A stretch of DNA of 64,000 nt from Dokdonella sp. (GTDB lineage Bacteria; Pseudomonadota; Gammaproteobacteria; Xanthomonadales; Rhodanobacteraceae), in contig JBDTYM010000005.1 of NCBI GenBank assembly GCA_040005635.1, positions 5,477 to 69,476 on the forward strand, in the 5' to 3' direction. A program made the translations under genes and the position numbers. Positions 8,823-17,884 of this stretch are shown here, piece after piece. The notes under the pieces are model-generated. The model saw nothing but the letters and a program-made list of their open reading frames with translations, was not told the DNA's origin and ran no database searches. Position 1 is the stretch's first letter, and each line of letters begins with the position of its first letter.

Positions 8823-10067
8823 GTGGAAAAAACGGATCTGCTGCATCAATTGCGCATCGACCGCAGCGAGCCTGAGAAGCGCTCGTTCGGGGTTTTGACG
8901 TGGATCGTCGTTGCGTTCGTGCTGCTGGCGGTAGCGGCCGCGGGCGGTTGGTGGTTCCTCTACGGCGGCAAGACCTTCGAGGTCGAGGCGGCGACCGCAG
9001 CGGCACCGGCCGGCGGTGCAGCCGGTTCGAGTGCCGTGCTGCAGGCGACCGGCTACGTGACGGCGCGGCGCGAGGCGACGGTCTCCGCTCAGATCACCGG
9101 CACGTTGACCCAGGTCCTGATCGAGGAAGGTGACCGGGTAGAGAAAGGACAGGTGCTGGGCACCCTCGAAGATACCGCGCAACGAGCGGGACTGGCGCAA
9201 GCGCAGGCCGGTTTGCACGCGGCGCAAGCGCAACTCGCGCAGTTCCAGTCGCAGCTCGCACAGAGCCGGCGCGATCTGGTGCGCGCGCAGGATCTGGTCG
9301 GGCGCAAGCTGGTGAGCGCGCAATCGGTCGAGGTTGCACGCACCCAGGTCGAGATGCAGGATTCGCAGCTGGAGACGCAGCGCAAGCAGGTCGAACTCGC
9401 GCAAGCCGGCGTGCAGGCGGCGCAAGTGCAGCTCGACTATTGCACCGTGCGCGCTCCATTCACCGGCATGATCATCGCGAAGGCCGCGCAGGTTGGCGAA
9501 ATCATCTCGCCGCTGTCGGCGGGGGGCGGCTTCACGCGCACCGGCATCGGCACCATCGTCGACATGGATTCGCTCGAAGTCGAGGTCGACGTCACCGAGT
9601 CCTATATCAACCGCGTGATCGCCAAGCAGCCGACCGAAGCGCTACTGGATGCCTATCCGGACTGGAAGATTCCCGGTCACGTGATCGCGATCATTCCGAC
9701 CGCCGACCGTGGCAAGGCAACGATCAAGGTACGCATCGCGCTCGATCAGAAGGACGCACGCATCGTGCCGGACATGGGCGCTCGCGTGTCCTTCCTCGAG
9801 GACGGCAACAAGTCGGCCACGGCGGCGCCAGTGGCACCGCCGAAAGGGGTGCTGCTGCCGGCAGGCAGCGTCGTGCAGCGCGATGGCAAGGCCGTCGTGT
9901 TCGAGATCGGAGGCGACAAGGCACGCCTGCGCAACGTGACACCGGGGCGCGACCTCGGCGATCTGCGGCTGGTCGAGGGCATCGCCGTCGGTACGCGCGT
10001 CGTGCGCGAACCGGCGGCAGATCTCATCGATGGTGCGCGCGTCGCGATCAAGGCGACACAAAAGTGA
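8823..10067 (+). CDS. Efflux periplasmic adaptor (MacA/HlyD-like)
   Basis: N-terminal TM, GYVTARR, coiled coil, VRAPFTG; GTG start chosen. Confidence 0.9.
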   Translation: MEKTDLLHQLRIDRSEPEKRSFGVLTWIVVAFVLLAVAAAGGWWFLYGGKTFEVEAATAAAPAGGAAGSSAVLQATGYVTARREATVSAQITGTLTQVLIEEGDRVEKGQVLGTLEDTAQRAGLAQAQAGLHAAQAQLAQFQSQLAQSRRDLVRAQDLVGRKLVSAQSVEVARTQVEMQDSQLETQRKQVELAQAGVQAAQVQLDYCTVRAPFTGMIIAKAAQVGEIISPLSAGGGFTRTGIGTIVDMDSLEVEVDVTESYINRVIAKQPTEALLDAYPDWKIPGHVIAIIPTADRGKATIKVRIALDQKDARIVPDMGARVSFLEDGNKSATAAPVAPPKGVLLPAGSVVQRDGKAVVFEIGGDKARLRNVTPGRDLGDLRLVEGIAVGTRVVREPAADLIDGARVAIKATQK

Positions 10068-10184
10068 AATGCGGGTCGGTGGCTTGTCTAAAACGCGCCT
10101 CCCCGATCGTCGTCTGCGTGAAGGCACCATCTAACCGGCGCCAACTGAACCTGTCGAGCATTCCTGCAACCCAAGGAAAACGTC

Positions 10185-10874
10185 ATGGCAAACCTCGTCG
10201 AAATCCGCAACCTCAGCAAGACCTACGAACGCGGCAAGCAGAAGGTCGAGGTCCTGCATCACGTCAATCTGGATATCGCCGAAGGCGACTTCCTCGCGCT
10301 GATGGGGCCGTCCGGTTCGGGCAAGACGACCCTGCTGAACCTGATCGGCGGTCTCGATTCGCCTACCGAGGGTACCTTGTCGGTCGGCGCCGAACGCATC
10401 GACAAACTTGGCGAAGGGGCGCTTGCCAAGTGGCGCTCGAACCATGTCGGCTTCATCTTCCAGTTCTACAACCTGCTGCCCATGCTGACCGCGCAGAAGA
10501 ATGTCGAGCTGCCGCTGCTCCTGACCAAGCTCAACGCCGCACAACGCAAGAAGAACGCCGGTATCGCGCTGCAGCTGGTCGGTCTGGCCGACCGTACGTC
10601 GCACAAACCGACCGAGTTGTCCGGCGGTCAGCAACAGCGCGTGGCCATTGCGCGGGCAATCGTGTCCGATCCCAAGCTGCTGGTCTGCGATGAACCGACC
10701 GGCGATCTCGACCGTCAGTCGGCCGAGGACGTGCTGGGCCTGCTGCAGACGCTCAATCGCGAGCACGGCAAGACGATCGTGATGGTCACGCACGATCCGA
10801 AAGCGGCCGAATACGCGCGGCACACGCTGCATCTGGACAAAGGCACGCTGGTGGAACAGGCGTCGCACGCGTAG
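10185..10874 (+). CDS. ABC transporter ATP-binding protein (LolD/MacB type)
   Basis: GPSGSGKT, LSGGQQQRV, DEPTG, VTHD. Confidence 0.95.
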   Translation: MANLVEIRNLSKTYERGKQKVEVLHHVNLDIAEGDFLALMGPSGSGKTTLLNLIGGLDSPTEGTLSVGAERIDKLGEGALAKWRSNHVGFIFQFYNLLPMLTAQKNVELPLLLTKLNAAQRKKNAGIALQLVGLADRTSHKPTELSGGQQQRVAIARAIVSDPKLLVCDEPTGDLDRQSAEDVLGLLQTLNREHGKTIVMVTHDPKAAEYARHTLHLDKGTLVEQASHA

Positions 10875-10903
10875 CGAGGATCGCGCGCTTGCAACGAAAT
10901 GAG

Positions 10904-10987
10904 CGTCATTCCCGCGCAAGCGGGAATCCATTGACGCCGATACGCGAGGCGATATCACTTTGGATTCCCGCATCCGCGGGAATGACG
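10904..10987. repeat. REP-type inverted pair GTCATTCCCGCG...GGGAATCCA / TGGATTCCCG...GGGAATGAC
   Basis: cgtcattcccgcgcaagcgggaatcca ... tggattcccgcatccgcgggaatgacg; each half is an ATTCCC-N8-GGGAAT palindrome. Confidence 0.8.
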
Positions 10988-11019
10988 TCGGTAAACGGTG
11001 ATTGCAGAGGTATTCGGTC

Positions 11020-12183
11020 ATGAAATACTTCCATCTGATCTGGGCCGCGCTGTTTCGGCGCAAGACCCGCACGTTACTCACCCTGGTATCGATCATCGCC
11101 GCCTTCTTGCTGTTCGGGCTGCTCGATGCCGTGCGCATCTCGTTCGAGCAGGCCGGTCAATCGGCGACCGGCGCCGAGCGTCTGCAGACCGCGTCGCGAC
11201 TCTCGTTCATCCAGACCTTGCCGCAAGCGCTGGGCGCGCGTATCGCAGCGCTCGACGGCGTCAAGGGTGTCACGTATGCGAACTGGTTCGGTGGTGCCTA
11301 CCAGGACCCGCACAATCAGGTCTTTTCCTTCGCGGTCAGTCCGAACTATCTGGACATGTATCCGGAGATTTCGATCTCGCCCGAGCAGCGCAAAGCGTTC
11401 GACGAAGCGCCGAACGGCGCTGTCGTCGGCGCCGTGCTGGCGCAGAAGTACGGCTGGAAGGTTGGCGACAAGATTCCGCTGCAGTCGACGATTTTCCCGG
11501 ACAAGTCCGGCAGCAAGAACTGGAATTTCGATCTGGTCGGCATCGTCCATTCAAATGACAAGAAGAACTCCTGGTACGACCAGATGTTCCTGCTGCATTG
11601 GAAAAATTTCGACGAGACCACGCCGTACAACCGCGGTACCGTCGGCTGGTACGTGACACGCGTGAACAACGTGAATGATGCCGATCGCGTGGCCAAGGCC
11701 ATCGATGCGCTGTCGGCAAACTCCGATCACGAGACGAAAACGCAGACCGAGCAGGCAGCGATGGCGTCATGGATGAAGAATGTCGCCGACATCGGGCTGA
11801 TCGTCACTTCGATCATGGGCGCGGTGTTCTTCACCCTGCTGCTGCTGACCGGCAATACGATGATGCAGGCGGTGCGTGAACGCACGTCGGAGCTGGCGGT
11901 GCTGAAGACGATCGGCTTTTCCAGCACCAGCGTGCTGTGTCTGGTGCTGGCCGAATCGGTGCTGCTGCTTCTGCTCGGCGGGCTGATCGGCATTGGTCTG
12001 GTTAGCCTGCTTGCGCCGATGATCACGCAGAACAGTGGCGGCATGTTGAATCTGCCCAATGTGGGTTTGCACAGCTGGTTGCTCGGCATCGCCCTCATGC
12101 TCGCGATTGGCCTGGTCATCGGTGCGCTGCCGGCATTGCGCGCGATGCGTCTGAACATCGTCGATGCACTGGCTGGTCGCTGA
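11020..12183 (+). CDS. ABC transporter permease (FtsX/MacB family)
   Basis: RTLLT N-terminal TM, ERTSELAVLKTIGF, three C-terminal TMs. Confidence 0.9.
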   Translation: MKYFHLIWAALFRRKTRTLLTLVSIIAAFLLFGLLDAVRISFEQAGQSATGAERLQTASRLSFIQTLPQALGARIAALDGVKGVTYANWFGGAYQDPHNQVFSFAVSPNYLDMYPEISISPEQRKAFDEAPNGAVVGAVLAQKYGWKVGDKIPLQSTIFPDKSGSKNWNFDLVGIVHSNDKKNSWYDQMFLLHWKNFDETTPYNRGTVGWYVTRVNNVNDADRVAKAIDALSANSDHETKTQTEQAAMASWMKNVADIGLIVTSIMGAVFFTLLLLTGNTMMQAVRERTSELAVLKTIGFSSTSVLCLVLAESVLLLLLGGLIGIGLVSLLAPMITQNSGGMLNLPNVGLHSWLLGIALMLAIGLVIGALPALRAMRLNIVDALAGR

Positions 12184-12194
12184 GGAGAGATGAC

Positions 12195-13508
12195 ATGAAG
12201 TTTCTGATCGGTCTGCTGACCTTCGTCGCCGTCGTCCTCGGCGTGTTCGTGGTGTTGAACCTGCCGTGGTTCGGCCTGATCGTGCTGCTGGTCGTGCTCG
12301 CCGGATGGATGCTGCTGACCCAGCGCGGCAAACAGGCGGCGTCGGTCACCGGCATCGGCATTAGCACGCTCGCGCAGCGTCTGGGATCGTCCGCGGTCGT
12401 GGTGATCGGCATCGCCGGTGTCGTCGCAGTGCTCGTCGCGATGCTCGCGATGGCCGAAGGCTACAAGGAAACCCTGCGCCGCAGCGGCAGCGAAGACACG
12501 GCCATCGTGATGCGCGGTGCGTCCGCGGCCGAAGTCGCTTCGGTGCTGACGCATGACAACGCCGTCGTCATCGCGCAGGCGCCCGGTATCGCCAAGGATG
12601 CGCAGGGCAAGCCGATCGCATCGCCGGAGCTGGTGGTCGCGGCGAACCTGCCGGTCAAGGGTGGCAATCCGGAAGAAGACTTCGGCAGCGTGCAGCTGCG
12701 CGGCATCGGCGACGAAGCGTGGGCGCTGCGCCCGAACGTCAAGATCATCGCTGGACGCAAGTTCCAGCCCGGCCTGCGCGAACTCGTCGCCGGCAAGGGC
12801 GCGCAGCGCCAGTTCGCCGGCCTCGACGTCGATCACGACATCAAGCTCGGCAATCAGGTGTGGAAGGTCGTCGGCATTTTCGAATCGAAGGATGCGATGG
12901 ACTCGGAGCTGTGGGCCGATGCCGACGTGGTCGGTCCGGCGTATCGCAGTGGCAATAGCCTGAGTTCGGTGTTCGTCCGACTGACCGGGCCGGACGCGTT
13001 CGAACCGTTCAAGGCGGCGCTCGCCAGCGACCCCCGCCTGCAGGTGGATACGACCACGACGATCGAGTACTTCAGCAAGCAGTCCGAGCAGATCGCCAAG
13101 GTGATCACCTTCATCGGCATCGTTGTCGGCGCGATCATGGCGATCGGCGCGGTGTTCGGTGCGCTCAACACGATGTTCGCCGCGGTTGCCACGCGTGCAC
13201 GCGAAATCGCGACTTTGCGCGCGATCGGCTTTCGCGGCGTACCCGTCGTCGTTGCGATCCTGCTCGAGACGATGCTGCTCGCCTTGATCGGCGGTGCCAT
13301 TGGCGGCGCGATCGCCTGGCTGATCTTCAACGGTTACACGGCGTCGACGATGTCGGGTGTCGGTCAGCTGACCTTCGATTTCAAGGTCTCGCCGGCGCTG
13401 CTGTGGACGGGTCTCAAATGGGCACTCGCCATCGGTTTCATCGGAGGCTTGTATCCGGCCCTGCGCGCGGCGAGCTTGCCGGTGACGACGGCTTTGCGTG
13501 AGTCGTGA
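12195..13508 (+). CDS. ABC transporter permease (FtsX/MacB family)
   Basis: RAREIATLRAIGF, PALRAA C-terminus. Confidence 0.9.
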   Translation: MKFLIGLLTFVAVVLGVFVVLNLPWFGLIVLLVVLAGWMLLTQRGKQAASVTGIGISTLAQRLGSSAVVVIGIAGVVAVLVAMLAMAEGYKETLRRSGSEDTAIVMRGASAAEVASVLTHDNAVVIAQAPGIAKDAQGKPIASPELVVAANLPVKGGNPEEDFGSVQLRGIGDEAWALRPNVKIIAGRKFQPGLRELVAGKGAQRQFAGLDVDHDIKLGNQVWKVVGIFESKDAMDSELWADADVVGPAYRSGNSLSSVFVRLTGPDAFEPFKAALASDPRLQVDTTTTIEYFSKQSEQIAKVITFIGIVVGAIMAIGAVFGALNTMFAAVATRAREIATLRAIGFRGVPVVVAILLETMLLALIGGAIGGAIAWLIFNGYTASTMSGVGQLTFDFKVSPALLWTGLKWALAIGFIGGLYPALRAASLPVTTALRES

Positions 13509-13517
13509 TGTCGGCAG

Positions 13518-13539
13518 CCCTCCCCCTTCGCGGGGAGGG
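13518..13539. repeat. GC-rich hairpin (REP-like or terminator) between convergent genes
   Basis: ccctcccc-cttcgc-ggggaggg. Confidence 0.5.
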
Positions 13540-13583
13540 TAGGCCGGGGCTGGTGCGATTCGCCGAGGGATTGCTGCGACGTG

Positions 13584-14999
13584 CTACGGCATCACCGGCG
13601 CGTGATACTCCAGCGTCAACCCGAGCGCCCACAACAGCAGCAGCACCAGCGGCAGATGCACGGCCAGCTGCACGAACGTGAAGCCCACGATGTCGCGCGC
13701 TTTCAGTCCGAGCACGCCGAGCAGCGGCAGCATCCAGAACGGATTGATCAGATTCGGCAATGCTTCGGCCGCGTTGTAGATCTGCACGGCCCAGCCGAGA
13801 TGGAACTTGAGGTCGTTCGCCGCCTGCATGACGTAGGGCGCCTCGATCACCCACTTGCCGCCGCCGGAAGGCACGAAGAAGCCGAGCACGGCCGAGTAGG
13901 CGCCGATCACGAGCGCGAACGTGTCGTGCGAGGCGAACGTCACGAACAGCGTGGACAGGTGATGCGCCAGCGTCTGGCCATCGGCGCCTTTCGCCGTGGT
14001 CAGTATGCCGGCGATGCCGCCGTACAGCGGAAACTGGATCAGCACGCCGGTGGTCGCCGGCACCGCGCGCGCCAGCGAGTCGAGGAAGCGCCGCGGTCGC
14101 CAGTGCAGCAGCAGACCGGCCATCAGGAACAGGAAGTTGTAGGTATTGAGGTTCGAGATCGCGCTGGCGGCACCCTTGGTCGCGAACTCGCGCCCGAGCC
14201 AGATCGAGCCGAGCAGGACCAGCAGCAGACTCAGCAGCGGGCTGTATTCGAGCCACTCGCCGGGGCGTTGGCGGGTGACCGCGGTCGTCGCGGCGAGATG
14301 CACATCGACGTCGCATTGCGCGGCCCGGCGCGCATGCGCGCGGCGCGGCGCCGACCACCAGGCGATCAGCATCGACACGCCGATCAGCACGATGGTCAGC
14401 ACGATCGACTGCCACAGAAAGATCGTTTCGCCGAATGGGATCACGCCGGTGATCTTCAGCAACGCCGGCGGCAGGCTGCTCGGGTTCGCCTGCAGCTGCG
14501 CGGCCGATGAAGACAGGCCCATCGCCCATGAAGCGCCGAGGCCCAGATACGCCGCTGCACCGGCGGCGCGATAGTCCAGATCGAGTTCCTCACGACGCGC
14601 CAGCGCGCGCACCAGAAGGCCGCCGAAAACCAGGCTGAAGCCCCAGTTGAGCAGCGAGGCCAGCATGCTGACGAGGGCGACGAAGGCAATCGCGCCGGGG
14701 CCGCTACGCGGCAGTGCCGCGAGGCGCTCGATCAGGCGCGCGACCGGCGGTGCGCTGGCGACGACATAGCCGCCGACCACCACGAACACCATCTGCATGG
14801 TGAATGGGATCAGGCTCCAGAAACCCTCGCCGAACGCGCCGGCCGTGGTCGTTGGACCCGCACCGATGGCGAGTGCCGCGATCGCGACCACGCCGACGCC
14901 GAGGGCGGCGAACACGAACGCGTCGGGGAACCAGCGTTCGGCCCAGTCGGCACAGCGCAGCGCCGTCCGGGCCATCCAGGTTTCGTTGTCAGTGGCCAT
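13584..14999 (-). CDS. atoE: Short-chain fatty acid transporter (AtoE family)
   Basis: ERWFPDAFVFA, FTMQM, LNWG, FVPSGGGKW, NLINPFW. Confidence 0.85.
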   Translation of the reverse strand: MATDNETWMARTALRCADWAERWFPDAFVFAALGVGVVAIAALAIGAGPTTTAGAFGEGFWSLIPFTMQMVFVVVGGYVVASAPPVARLIERLAALPRSGPGAIAFVALVSMLASLLNWGFSLVFGGLLVRALARREELDLDYRAAGAAAYLGLGASWAMGLSSSAAQLQANPSSLPPALLKITGVIPFGETIFLWQSIVLTIVLIGVSMLIAWWSAPRRAHARRAAQCDVDVHLAATTAVTRQRPGEWLEYSPLLSLLLVLLGSIWLGREFATKGAASAISNLNTYNFLFLMAGLLLHWRPRRFLDSLARAVPATTGVLIQFPLYGGIAGILTTAKGADGQTLAHHLSTLFVTFASHDTFALVIGAYSAVLGFFVPSGGGKWVIEAPYVMQAANDLKFHLGWAVQIYNAAEALPNLINPFWMLPLLGVLGLKARDIVGFTFVQLAVHLPLVLLLLWALGLTLEYHAPVMP

Positions 15000-15104
15000 G
15001 GTCACGCCTCGCACGCAGGGCAAAGCGGCAGACTAGGGCGCGCGCGCGTTCTGTCGCAAGCCGACCAAGGTCGCGCCGGCAGACCGCCGCGGAACCTGCG
15101 GGAG

Positions 15105-16004
15105 CTAGGCGGCGCGCCGCTCGCGCGCGAGGGCAATCAAGCCGACGCCGGCGAGGATGACCGCCATTGCGACGAGATCCAGGGCGTGTACGGTCTCGCC
15201 GCCGAGCAGCGCACCGATCAGCACCGCCACGGGCGGATTGACATAGGCGTAACTGGTGGCCAGTGCCGGGCGCACGGTATTCAGCAGGTACAGGTAGGCA
15301 CTGAACGCGACGATCGAGCCCATTACGCCGAGATAGACCAGTGCGAGCGTCGCCGACGTCGTCGGCGCGAGCGGGAAGCGTTCGCCGAACGCGAGCGCGC
15401 CGACGAACAGCACCGCGCCGCCGCTCAACATCTGCGCGGCGGTGTTCATCGCGGCCGGCGGCATCTCGCGATGCTTGCTCCAGACCGAGCCGAACGCCCA
15501 GGCCATTCCTGCGACGATAAGCGCGATCGCGCCGAGCGGAGCGGCGGCCAGGCCGCCGCCGAGATTGAGCAGGATCACGCCGGCGAAACCGACGCCGAGG
15601 CCGAGCCATTCCAGACGTCGCGGCCATTGGCCGTATAAACCGCCAAACACTGCGGCGAACAGCGGCATCGCGGCGACCGCGACCGCGGCAAGGCCGGACG
15701 CAACGTGCTGCTCCGCGTAGCAGACCAGGCCATTGCCGAAGCCGAGCAGCAAGGTGCCTGTCGCCGCGGCATTCAGCCATTGCGAGCGCGTCGGTGCCGG
15801 CATGCCGCGCCAGCGCAGGAACGCGAACAACGCCACGCCGGCGCAGAGAAAGCGCACGCCTGCCATCAGGAACGGCGGATAGCTGGCCAGTGCGAAGCGG
15901 ATTGCGAGATAAGTCGAGCCCCAGATCAGATACAGCGCGACCAGCGCCAACGGCACCAGCACGCGCGGATTCGTCAGTGCTGCCGATGGCGGCGTCAAGG
16001 ACAT
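15105..16004 (-). CDS. DMT/EamA exporter (YedA-like)
   Basis: YLIWGSTYLAIR, SYAYVNPPVAV. Confidence 0.9.
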   Translation of the reverse strand: MSLTPPSAALTNPRVLVPLALVALYLIWGSTYLAIRFALASYPPFLMAGVRFLCAGVALFAFLRWRGMPAPTRSQWLNAAATGTLLLGFGNGLVCYAEQHVASGLAAVAVAAMPLFAAVFGGLYGQWPRRLEWLGLGVGFAGVILLNLGGGLAAAPLGAIALIVAGMAWAFGSVWSKHREMPPAAMNTAAQMLSGGAVLFVGALAFGERFPLAPTTSATLALVYLGVMGSIVAFSAYLYLLNTVRPALATSYAYVNPPVAVLIGALLGGETVHALDLVAMAVILAGVGLIALARERRAA

Positions 16005-16124
16005 GTCGCCGCGTGAGCCCTCATTCATGGACTGCCTTGGTCGGCCGAATTCCGGCATGGTGAGACGAACGAATTGCGCAGGATAGCGACAGCGATGGAC
16101 CCGTGCGAGTCCCGCTACACCTGC

Positions 16125-16985
16125 TCAGGAGAGGGCCACTTTCGATTCCAGCGAGAGCAGGCGGCGCTTGCGCGGGGGCCCCCAACGCCAGCCGCCAGGC
16201 TGGCCGTCGGCACGCACGACGCGGTGGCAGGGCACGACGAAGGCGAGTCGATTGGCAGCACAGGCACGAGCGACGGCTCGCGCGGCACGCGGCGCGTCGA
16301 TGCTTTCGGCAATCTCGGCGTAGCTGCGCGTCTGCCCGCGCGGAATCCGCGTCAGCGCCTGCCAGACGCGCCACTGGAATGCAGTCGCGCGCAGATCGAA
16401 CGGTGGCAGCGCTGCGTCGGAGGGTTCGGCGCCTGCCAGCTCGTTGACGATACGTTCGATGACGGCGCTGAGCCATTCGTTGCGCCCCGCATCGACGCGT
16501 TCGATTTCGGCATGCGGCAATTCCGCGCGCAGCTCGGCGAGCAGTCGCTCATCGCTGCTGCCGATCGACACGGCGCAGATGCCGCGCGCGGTCGCGGCAA
16601 CCAGTAGTTGGCCGAGCTTGGTCGCGAGCGTCGTGTAGCGCACGGCAGTACCCGCACCGCCGCGACGGTAGTCGTTCGGCGTCATGCCGAGGAGTGCGTT
16701 GGCCTGCTCGTAGACGCGGCTGCCGGAACCAAAGCCGGCGTCGTAGACCGCATCGGTCACGCGGCTGCCTCGGCGCAGTGCGGACTTGAAGCTGCCGAGC
16801 TTGAGCTGGCGCGCGTACTCAGCCGGCGACAGTCCGAAGCGTGCGCGGAAGCGGCGTTGCAGGTGCGTAGGGCTGAGGCCGACGCGCCGGGCCAGTTCGG
16901 CCAGGCTGGCCTGTTCGCCGCGCGCGCTTTCGATCAGCGAGCGCGCCTGTTCGAGGGGATCTTTGCGGAGGGGCTGCGTATTCAT
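16125..16985 (-). CDS. Ada-like AraC HTH + O6-methylguanine-DNA methyltransferase
   Basis: SPTHLQRRF..GLSP, TAFQWRVW, VPCHRVV; no N-terminal Zn-binding Ada domain. Confidence 0.9.
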   Translation of the reverse strand: MNTQPLRKDPLEQARSLIESARGEQASLAELARRVGLSPTHLQRRFRARFGLSPAEYARQLKLGSFKSALRRGSRVTDAVYDAGFGSGSRVYEQANALLGMTPNDYRRGGAGTAVRYTTLATKLGQLLVAATARGICAVSIGSSDERLLAELRAELPHAEIERVDAGRNEWLSAVIERIVNELAGAEPSDAALPPFDLRATAFQWRVWQALTRIPRGQTRSYAEIAESIDAPRAARAVARACAANRLAFVVPCHRVVRADGQPGGWRWGPPRKRRLLSLESKVALS

Positions 16986-17142
16986 GCTGCGCAGGTTACG
17001 TCGCGCGCCGGACTGCCACCATCCGAATCTTGCGCTGCGACGCTGGCGGACCTGGGTCGCTTCACGATGCGCCGGCGAATCGTCGAACGGAGCGCCTCAC
17101 GCTGACCGATAGTCGGTCCGGCCGGCGGGTTCGGACAGGCTC

Positions 17143-17439
17143 CTAGCGGGCCGACTCGTGATCACGCGGATTCACCGACACCACGGTGAATTCACCTTCG
17201 ATCACGCCGGGCGGCGGCGCGGGTGCGCGCTGGGCGGGCCCGGCGGAGGCTGCCGGCCGCGGCGTCGAACGGAACGCATTGATCAGCAGGAAGAGGCCGC
17301 CACCGATTGCCAGCGCCGCGATCGCGAACATGCCTAGCGCGACCAGCAGCAGCACCGCGATCGCGCCGAGCACGCCGGCGACGAAGCGCGCGATCGGGTG
17401 ACGCGGACGCAAGGCGCGGAAAGGGCCGTAGAAAAACAT
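17143..17439 (-). CDS. Hypothetical membrane protein
   Basis: Long hydrophobic segment; C-terminal VIEGEFTVV. Confidence 0.65.
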   Translation of the reverse strand: MFFYGPFRALRPRHPIARFVAGVLGAIAVLLLVALGMFAIAALAIGGGLFLLINAFRSTPRPAASAGPAQRAPAPPPGVIEGEFTVVSVNPRDHESAR

Positions 17440-17542
17440 GCCGAAACTCCGTATGTCAGAATCGCGCCCCGCCATCCGTTGCGGCAGCGCTTCCCGCCAT
17501 TATGGGTGCGCGCGCGACGACGACAAGTGCTGAAAGCTTGGT

Positions 17543-17884
17543 ATGAACAAATCCCCGCCGCTGTGCCGGCTCGACGAAATTCCAGACGGCGATGCGATTT
17601 CCGCACGGGTCGACACGGATGCCGGCGGTTTCGAGCTGATCGTGCTGCGCCAAGGTGCGCACGCGTTTGCGTATCACAACGAGTGTCCGCACGCCGGGCG
17701 CAATCTCGACTACGCACCCGGGCGGTTTCTGGTGCGCGATGGTCGGCTGATCTGTGCAGCGCACGGCGCGACGTTCGCAGTCGACAGCGGCGCCTGCCTC
17801 GGCGGCCCCTGTCGCAACGGCCTCATGGCGATGCCGATCGAAATCGTCGACGGCGACGTCCGCCTGAGCGCGCTCAGCGATTGA
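17543..17884 (+). CDS. Rieske [2Fe-2S] ferredoxin
   Basis: CPH...CAAH..GACLGGPC. Confidence 0.9.
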   Translation: MNKSPPLCRLDEIPDGDAISARVDTDAGGFELIVLRQGAHAFAYHNECPHAGRNLDYAPGRFLVRDGRLICAAHGATFAVDSGACLGGPCRNGLMAMPIEIVDGDVRLSALSD

